Origin: Pelomyxa schiedti
Lineage: Eukaryota; Protista; Evosea
Length of the DNA: 38,484 bases
Assembly (NCBI GenBank): GCA_020536535.1
Contig: JAHLWZ010000281.1
Coordinates: forward strand, 1-38,484
Direction of reading: 5' to 3'
In this document: piece after piece, positions 25,504 through 34,041 of the stretch
Position numbering within the stretch: the first letter of the stretch is position 1
Layout: every line of letters begins with the position of its first letter
The notes under the pieces: generated by a model
Databases searched by the model: none
What the model was told of the DNA's origin: nothing
The model's input: the letters and a program-made list of their open reading frames with translations, nothing else
Translations under genes and position numbers: made by a program

Positions 25504-26194
25504 ATGGGAGAGTCGTTGCTTGAATGCAGGGGTCTTGTCATCATGATCACGGTGATCGTGGTGAGCTTTGGCGCCATATTTGGAGTCTTCATGTGGCTGG
25601 GTATCTATGAGATGCAGATTATAAACGAAGGCTACACTATTACCTCGGGAACGTGTTACACATGGTCAAAAGGTAGTTTGTTCGTTCTTGCCTGTTTTGT
25701 TTTGAGTTTTTTTCCCATTTGGGCTGATCACTGTGAACAAGAGGTGGATAGTTACTATGACAGTACAGCTGAAATGTGGCAGTTCAGAGCCCAGTGGGAA
25801 GTGGACATTGCTGACAATACCACAGGACTATGGTACTGTGCTTTCACCCGTAATTTCTCAACTTACTGTTCCCTACTTCTCAAGGTACTACTCCAGGGTG
25901 TGCCTGGCTGACACAGGAGAATCTGTTTGGACAACATCAGAAAATAAAGCAGAGAACCAACTTGATATGTGGGCTCTTGGTCAGAACTACACCTGCTGGT
26001 TCAACCCTGATGAAGTTTCAGTGTGGCCTGGCGGCACCTCATTGTCATTGGAGGATTATGCATTCTTCTGGTATGACCCTGATGACATGGACACCTATGA
26101 CACATTCCTGGGTGTACTGTGCCTTGTGGTTGCCTGCATGTCCTTTGTCGCCATGATTGGGTGCATAATATTCGTCTGTGCTTGTTGTACCTAA
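25504..26194 (+). CDS. Two-transmembrane protein with Cys-containing extracellular loop
   Basis: TM1 LVIMITVIVVSFGAIFGVFMWLGI; loop with GTCY, VCL and LGQNYTCWFNPDE plus N-x-T sequons; TM2 FLGVLCLVVACMSFVAMIGCIIFV; ends CACCT*. Two short GT-AG introns. Confidence 0.7.
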
Positions 26195-26264
26195 AAAATA
26201 TAAATTACCAAAAGAAAGAATTCAATTGGTCGCTCAGTGTAAAGTCAAAGCCAACAATACTTAC

Positions 26265-27333
26265 CAGAGATTGATTCCTCCACTTTTACGTTGGTTCTGG
26301 CACTGGTCTCAAAGAATGATGCTGTGAGTGCCTTAGAGTCGCGGTTGTCGCTTGCCTCTCGGATTCAAGGTCAACCTTGTTTAAGCACACCTTGAAGGAA
26401 AAAGTCAGTTTGGGAATCGGCAACGTTCACATACAGGGGAGCTGGAAATGCCTTTCACGTGAAGTGTTTAGAGAACCAAAAGATTCCTTGTAGGTGATGG
26501 AGTACGCAATGAGAAACCCATAGGAGTGGCGGAAGTGATCCTAAGGCATTCCGCAATACTCCTCCCCTCCTGGGAATTGTCACCACTTGTGATTGTTGTG
26601 TTGTGTGGAACTTATGTTGTATCTAACAACTGTACCACGCAATTCTTTCTGGCAACCCTCAGCGATTCATTCGAGGGAATATTAAAGGGGAAATTTATAG
26701 GTTCATGAACCTATAAACACACATAAGAATCCTCCAAGAGCGGGTCATATTCATTAACGCTGTTCGAGAAGAATCAACTTGAGAGTAGTCAAGTTCTGCC
26801 TTACATACAATGTACCGAATAAATTGGACGCACAATGCAGATTTACCCACAGTGCCTCTCCCTGTTATCGCAACTTATACTCGTCATCCACTTGTGCCGG
26901 TGCTGGGTTGTGGGATGGCCCACAAGATGGTNNNNNNNNNNNNNNNNNNNNNNNNNNNNNNNNNNNNNNNNNNNNNNNNNNNNNNNNNNNNNNNNNNNNN
27001 NNNNNNNNNNNNNNNNNNNNNNNNNNNNNNNTGTACCGAATAAATTGGACGCACAATGCAGATTTACCCACAGTGCCTCTCCCTGTTATCGCAACTTATA
27101 CTCGTCATCCACTTGTGCCGGTGCTGGGTTGTGGGATGGCCCACAAGATGGTCTGATGAACGCGATCTGTAAGACGCAGCCGTCCCAGCCGCGGTGCAAT
27201 CTTATTTTTCTTGTGGGGTTCGTTGGGGGGTGACCTCCTGGTGGGACGGGGCTTGCTCTGCTCCACCAATTATGGGAGTGTGCCCTACTGATTGCCCTGG
27301 CACTGCACTGCTGCCTCATGTGGTCTGCCCCAT
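26265..27333 (-). pseudogene. Ras-family small GTPase pseudogene
   Basis: G1 GRGTVGKSALCVQFI is preceded by a frameshifted EYKL; G2 EYDPLLEDSY; G3 LLDT..GEEY followed by an in-frame TAG (26541-26543); YGFLIAYSIT; G4 NKVDL; G5 FFETSAR lies in another frame. Confidence 0.8.
26811..27152. other. 100-N scaffold gap flanked by an identical 121-bp duplication (assembly artefact)
   Basis: 26811-26931 is identical to 27032-27152; N run at 26932-27031. Confidence 0.9.
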
Positions 27334-27401
27334 TGTTTGTAAAAAAAAAAAAAGAGAAAAATTGTTGTTGTCTTCCATGGGGTGTTGTGTGTGTTGTCAC
27401 A

Positions 27402-28640
27402 CTACAACAATGTGGTGACCCTAATGTGTCTTGGCTCAGAGTGAAATGAGATTGTGCAGAGATGCAAGCCACTTGCATCTCTGAGCTCAAGGGTCTTTTC
27501 TCTGTGACCATTGTATTCATTTTTGTGGAAGATGAGTCCAGAGTGTGCAAGTGCAGAGACATTGTGGGACTGCGCAAGTAGGACCCTGAGTGGTGCCTCA
27601 GTGTGGTTGCAATCCCACACTTCAACAGAACCGTCAATCTTTGAGATGCAAAACAGAATGGAGCTCAACTGGCTCAACTGTTGTGCCTGTGTGGAAATGC
27701 CTCTGAGAGTATCAGAAGTATCATCAACCCTGTACACAATCCCACGGGACCGTGGTCCCACATCTAGAACAAGAAAAAGATATCGCTGCTGTGTGTCAGC
27801 TGTGGAGTGCTTTGGCATGTAAAGCGCTGATGGTTGATTTTTGCCACCCAGCATCTCAAACAGAGGCACCCACTTTTTCGAACTGACCACTGACAGATGC
27901 CCAGTTGAATATGTTCTGCGGATGTCAATGACAATGAACAAATTGAAGTCGACCCATTCACATTCAACAAGGAGAAGGGCTTCATCTGGAATCGAATTGT
28001 TGAAGGAAATCAAAGTGCACAGCCCCAACTCGCCATCAGATAGATGATAAACAGGAACACGTGTGTCACATTCCACAGTGCTGCTGCCGGAATCCACCAA
28101 ATTGGCAACAGCAAGGACACTTCCAATGGTGGTCTTAAGCCACCACTTCTGATTGCAATTCTGAACAGAGCACGCAAGCCCACGGCCGCTGTCTCTTGTA
28201 AACAGCAGCCTTTGTTGCTTGGTAACCGCGTTGATCAACGAAAAACTCTTGGTGTTGGGCACAGCACCAGGTGCCTCCATCACCACGTGGGCTGGATCAC
28301 ACACCTCAATTGTGGGTATGGCATCAACAATTGGAGTTGGCCAGCTCCAGGACTGGATCAACTTTGTTGGCCTTGTCACACTTCTCAATGGCAGAGACAC
28401 ACCAAATGTGAACAACAACATTGTTTCACATGTGTCGTCATCGAGTGACGTCATGGCAAGTGCGCCAAACACGACCTCGGTGAGTTGGAGGCACCACTCC
28501 CACAATGGCGACGTGGCCAGCGGCGACAGAGACATGAAATTGCGCGCGGGGCTGTTTGCTCCGCATCGCGGGTGCGACGACATCGCCAACGCGAGAAGTT
28601 GCTGCCGCGCATGCTGTCCCCCGACGATGTCGATCATCAT
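27402..28640 (-). CDS. Intronless HPRCG-motif protein 3
   Basis: ATG at 28640; ARQQLLALAMSSHPRCGANSPA...LWEWC; FNNSIPDEALL; QLSQLSSILFCI...VEVWDCN..PLRV...AHSGLIF. Confidence 0.78.
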   Translation of the reverse strand: MMIDIVGGQHARQQLLALAMSSHPRCGANSPARNFMSLSPLATSPLWEWCLQLTEVVFGALAMTSLDDDTCETMLLFTFGVSLPLRSVTRPTKLIQSWSWPTPIVDAIPTIEVCDPAHVVMEAPGAVPNTKSFSLINAVTKQQRLLFTRDSGRGLACSVQNCNQKWWLKTTIGSVLAVANLVDSGSSTVECDTRVPVYHLSDGELGLCTLISFNNSIPDEALLLVECEWVDFNLFIVIDIRRTYSTGHLSVVSSKKWVPLFEMLGGKNQPSALYMPKHSTADTQQRYLFLVLDVGPRSRGIVYRVDDTSDTLRGISTQAQQLSQLSSILFCISKIDGSVEVWDCNHTEAPLRVLLAQSHNVSALAHSGLIFHKNEYNGHREKTLELRDASGLHLCTISFHSEPRHIRVTTLL

Positions 28641-28889
28641 TTTTGCTTTGATTCCACGTGGAGTCAACGAATAATGATTGCCTTTTTTTTTTTTAATTTG
28701 ACCGTGTGGTGGGGGAACACACAGTTGTGAGGATAAAAATTGGGATGGGCCAGAGTGTGGCCAAACATCCACGAGGCACTGGAGTTAGTTTGCAATCAGC
28801 AAAAAATCTACGCCATCCCTTACGGTCATCAGCTGTAGAAATACCCCAAGCGCAAGGTGATCCTTCCTTCACCCGTGTGACTCGCTTTT

Positions 28890-31604
28890 TGTTGCGTGTG
28901 CATTGGGCTGGTGACGGACCCCGTGACGCTGCCGTGGTGCACCCACACCGTGTGCCGCCTGTGCGCGGGGCCCCTCCTGGGCCTCCTCCCACTCAGCAGG
29001 GGCACTGCCCCTCCCACCGCCCCCGCCCTGCAGCTGCCCGGATGCACCACCTCCTCCTCCTCCTCTTCCTCTTCGGGGTCCAGCAGCCCCACCATGGTGG
29101 GGGGTTGTGTGGGGGGCGTGGTTCTGGGGTGCCCAGTGTGCGGGGCCGGGGGACCGGAGGACAAGCGGGGGGGGCTCGGGACCCAATCCCAGCAGCGGGG
29201 GGGCGTGCGCGACGTGGGGGCACTCGTGCGGAACGAGGAGGTGGCGGCCAGGGCTGACAAGGTCAGGCTGGAATTGGTGTCGGCGACGATGTGCAACGTG
29301 TGCGATGAGTCGGGACTCATGGTATCCTGTTGTATATGTTGCCCGCTGGGTTATATAGCTTATGTAGTTGTAAATATATAGAGTTTGGGTATAGGCGGTT
29401 TCTCATCCTTGGTTTCAGACAAAAGCTGTTGTAATCTGCCAAGTTTGCGAGGCTCCTTTTTGTGCAAAGTGCTTCAGAGATACACACAAAGGGAAAATGA
29501 AATCCCACACCTCTGTTCCAGTTGTAAGATTTTTCTTTTGTCCCTCTCATTTCAACACCCCAAACAGACAGCGGAACTATCAGCCTTCAAGCCACTAATG
29601 TGCCGTGAGCACAACGAACCCTGCAAAATTTGGTGCAAGGATGACAGCACTGCTGTTTGTTACCTCTGCGTTTCTCTCAGCGAATCTCCTCACAGGGGGC
29701 ACGCAACGATTGCAACAAATCAAGCCGCATTGTGCGTTGCACTCACTTGCTCGACCGGTAAAATTCATTTAACTTTTCATCAGGTCCCTCAAAAAAGAGT
29801 TGACGGCAACAATCGCTTCACTGGCTAGTTTGATGGAAAATTGCCATAAGAGAATTGCTGAGTTAACCGAAATGTCAGCAGCAATAGAGAGGGTTCGTGC
29901 ACGAACCCTCTCTATTCCATTTCCATTTACAACCTTTCTCAGCAACGAGTTGATTCGAAGCAAGTAATTTCCTCGTTGATGAGGGTCCTGGTTGAAATGA
30001 TTTCATCAACGGAAAAGAGGCTCCTTGACTCGACTGATCAACACACTTCCAGACTATGTTATGTTATCTTTTCCCAATGATTTTTGGGGCAAACTTCGCC
30101 TGACCTATCAACAGTGTCATCAATCAATGAACGCCATTGGGAACTTGTTTCAGTCATTGAGCAAGCAAATACTTTTTCCGGGCATGCTGAAAAGGTGTCT
30201 TGCAATAAAGATGACGGCTGGATCATGTCCAAACAGTTCATATTGCAAAGAATGATGGTTGTTGTCCTTGGTGGATGGGTTCTTTCCCATGATCACTAAT
30301 TTTTTGACAGGAAACTCTGAACACATTGACCAACGTTGAATTGCCCGAAGTGCCCCCTCCTACCATCTCTTTTGACAGCCCAAGTGATCTCCAATCCCAA
30401 TTGAAGAAACTTACCGTAACATCCCTCATATATTTCTGTGTAAAATCAATTTGTGTGCAGGATTCTTGTCACATAACATCATCAGAACCCATTGAAAAAT
30501 ACGAAGAAGTGGTGACCACAGAAAGGACTCTTTCTGGAGAAGACTACATCATTTCTGGGAATGAGTGTTTTGATGCCAGTAAATCTGCAATCACGCAATA
30601 CCGCAATGTTGTTGTTCAAAGCGGGGCTATTCTGACTGTGAAGCCTTGGGATGGATCCTCTGGTGGTTCAATCTACATCAAGTATACTTGAACTGACTGT
30701 TACGCACGGTGTTAACTCTTCCTCCCAAACTCCTCCCAAACCCAAACAACAAAAATAAAAAGGTGCTCCACATTCACAGTGCAGATGGGCGGCACTGTTG
30801 ATGTCACAGGGAAGGGATACAGAGGTGGTGTTGCTCCAAGAAAATACAGAAATACCGCACCACAGGGGGAATCATCAATTGGGATTGGGTGCCCATCCAC
30901 AGAACCCAATGGAGGTGGCGGTGGCGGTGGTGTTGGCTCTGATTCGTATGGTTCTACAGGTGGAGGTGGAGGGTGCTATGGTATGCCGGGTCTTTCTTTT
31001 TTCCATGAACTAATGAGACCCCCCACTTCTCGATTGAAGGAACCCGAGGGAGGGATTCTCCACCCAACACCTACCGAAAGACAGGACCCCACCCAGGCGG
31101 CAAGGGAGGGAACGTTGTTCCTCCCTCAATCATCAACAACACGCTGCCCACACTTGGATCGGGCGGTGGTGCTGGTGACCCGTGTGTACCCCTCCGGCCA
31201 TAGTAATTCTAAACTAGTCACACACTAGGTATGGCTACACAGCAGGATCAGGTGGAGCGGGAGGCGGAGCCGTTGTGATTGAGGCCTCAGAGATCGACAT
31301 ACAGGGCACCATCCAGGCCAATGGGAACCCAGGTGGCAGCGGCAAGAGCTACGGGTCAGGCGGCGGGGGCGGCAGCGGGGGCCTCATTGCGCTGAGGCCA
31401 TCCCGGTGCGTCGCACTGGGTGCCACCGGGACACTGACGGCCAGCGGGGGCGAGGGTGGGAGCTGCGAGGCAGGTCCATTGGGGCACCAGGGGATATGCA
31501 GCAGGGGAGGGTGTGGGGGTGATGGATGGATATGCCTAAGCAACAGGACTGCGCGGTCACTCCTGGGAAAGATAGTGCCGGCAATGTCATCCTCAAACAT
31601 CTAA
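28890..31604 (+). CDS. TRIM-like protein A (RING, B-box1, B-box2, coiled coil, glycine-rich domain); 5' start apparently missing
   Basis: RING CxxC..PWCTHTVCRLC...CPVC; B-box1 CNVC..CQVC...CAKC...H..H; B-box2 CREH...CKDD..CYLC...HRGH; Gly-rich C-terminus. An in-frame TGA lies just before the RING with no upstream ATG or AG acceptor. Confidence 0.75.
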
Positions 31605-31907
31605 ATGCAGAGTGGAAACAAAAAGGGCAGAAACCACCAAGAGATTCTACTGGCTGAATATTCATAATAAAATAGTCAACAGACTGGAACACGGTAATTT
31701 GCTCAGGATGGCTATTTTTGAAACCCTCTACTTACAATTAAGCCCCTGTTCAGCCTTGCAGTGCGGTGTACCCAACACATACTTTCAGTAGGTAGTTCCC
31801 TCAATCAGAGATCGTTTGTTCCCGCCAACCGAAACAGTTTATTCCTCGAAATTTTCCAAAACACTTTTCCAGAAAACCCGGAACCCCAAATCAACATCTT
31901 CCACTGA

Positions 31908-33887
31908 ATGTTAGCCAACGACACGGACCCGTTGACGTCGCTCTGCCCTGGTACGCCCACGTCGTGTGCCGCCTGTGTGTCCCAGTCAGTACCTCCTCCG
32001 CCACCTCCTCCTCGTCGTTGTACTCCCCCACCACAACCACCACCTCCTCCTGCTCCTGCTCCCGCTCCCGCTCCTGCTCCTCCTGCTCCTCCTCCTCCTC
32101 CGCTAAGGGTAGCAACTTTCAAAGGCCCTATGATCGAAACTTGCCAGCGGAGAAGGGCAGAGTTGAACAACATGTCAGCAGCTATCGAAAAGGTTCGTGC
32201 AAGATTCATTTCCATTTGGAAATTCTGATTACATTCTCAGCAAAGAGTCGATTCGAAGAAAGAAATTTCCTCCATGATGAGGGAACTTGTTGAAATAATT
32301 TCAGCAACTGAAAAGAGGCTCCTTAACTCGACTGACAAACACGCTTCCAGACTATGTTATGTTATCTTTTCCCACTGTTTTGTGTCAACTTCGCGAACTA
32401 ACCTCAACAGTGTCATCAATCGATGAACGCAATCAGGAACTTGATTCAGTTGTTGAGCAAATACAGACTTTTTCCGGGCATGCTGAAAAGAACTCTTGTG
32501 ATCAAGAAGAGATATCGCAAAAAATGATGGTTGTTCGTTGTGGTTCTTGCCTATGATCACTAATTTTTGACAGAAAACTCTGCACACATTGACCAACCTT
32601 AAATTGCCCGAAGTGCCCCCTCCTACCATCTCTTTCAACAGCCCAAGTGATCTCCAATCCCAATTGAAGAAGCTTGCAGTACGATCGCTCATCATTTCTG
32701 TTTAAAATCAATTTGTGTGCAGGATCTTTGTCACATAACATCATCAGACCCCATTGTAAAATTGGAAACCATGGAAAGGACTCTTTCTGAAGAAGACTAC
32801 ATCATTTCTGGGAATGAGTGTTTTGATGCCAGTAAATCTTCAACAAAGCAATACCGCAATGTTGTTGTTCAGAGCGGTGCCACTCTGACTGTGAAGCCTT
32901 GGGATGGATCCTCTGGTGGTTCAATCCGAATAAAGTATACTTGTCACTGTCGCTTTCGGTGGTGTTAACCCTTCCTCCCAAACCCAAACAACAACCAAAA
33001 GGTGTGCCACATTCACAGTAGAGAGCGGGGGTATTGTTGATGTCACAGGGAAAGGATACAGAGGTGGTGTTGCTCCAACAACTTCTGGCAATTCTGCACC
33101 ACAAGGGGAATCGTCAACCGGGTTTGGGTGTGTATACACAGAACCCAATGGAGGTGGCGGTGGCGGTGGTATTGCCTCTGTGAAGTTTGGTTCAGCAGGC
33201 GGAGGTGGAGGAGGCTATGGTATGCCGGGTCCTTTCTTCCCTGGCCCGAACTAATGAGACCCCCACCCACTGCTCAAATTCAGGAACCCAAGGGGCAGAT
33301 GCTGAGCCCAACACCTACCCTAGCGGGAAAGGAGGACCCCACACAGGTGGCAAGGGAGGGGATGCCTTTCCTCCCGGAGCCATCTACAGCCACAACGAGC
33401 TGCCCATACTTGGATCTGGCGGTGGCGCCGGCGACCCGTGTGTATACACCTCCCCCGTTCCCACTTGTCGTGCATGGTCGTTCTGAACTAGTCGCACACT
33501 AGGTGTGGCTACACAGCAGGATCAGGTGGAGCGGGAGGCGGAGCCGTCGTGATCCGGGCCTCAGAGATCGACATACAGGGCACCATCCAGGCCAATGGGA
33601 ACCCAGGCGGCAGCGGCAAGGGCTTCGGGTCAGGCGGCGGGGGCGGCAGCGGGGGCCTCGTCGTGCTGGAGGCGTCCCGGAGCATCACGCTGGGCCTCGC
33701 TGGGGCGCTGGTGGCCAGCGGGGGGGAAGGTGGGGGCGCCCAGGCACACGAGGGCATTAACTGTGGCATGTGCAGCAAGGGAGGGTGTGGGGGCGATGGG
33801 TGGGTATTCGTGCGCCAGTGGAATAGTGAGGGTGATATCGTGGCTAAGACACTCTTGGGAAAGATAGTGCCGGTACTGTCGGTATAG
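31908..33887 (+). CDS. TRIM-derived protein B: RING frameshifted, B-boxes deleted, Pro-rich N-terminus, coiled coil, glycine-rich domain
   Basis: ATG at 31908 reads through poly-Pro directly into MIETCQRRRAELNNMSAAIEK (the coiled coil of A and C). A RING relic LPWYAHVVCRLC lies in another frame. Downstream exons are collinear with A and C and stay in frame. Confidence 0.65.
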
Positions 33888-34041
33888 TCGCCAGCACAAA
33901 AACGGAATTATTGGCTGTTGGTTGTTTGTTGGCCTGGTCACACTCAAACACTACCCCAGTTCCCGCTCCGCCAAAACACCAACTTTTCCTGATGATCAAA
34001 AGGCTTTTTTATCATCAAAAAAACCCGAAACAACGCAGCGA

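Noticed and set aside
28693-29358. Multiple overlapping ORFs in GC-rich exons (also 1556-2008, 22029-22547, 31805-32293, 33944-34448)
   Set aside because: Stop-poor GC-rich or low-complexity sequence; one frame is explained by a recognisable protein.
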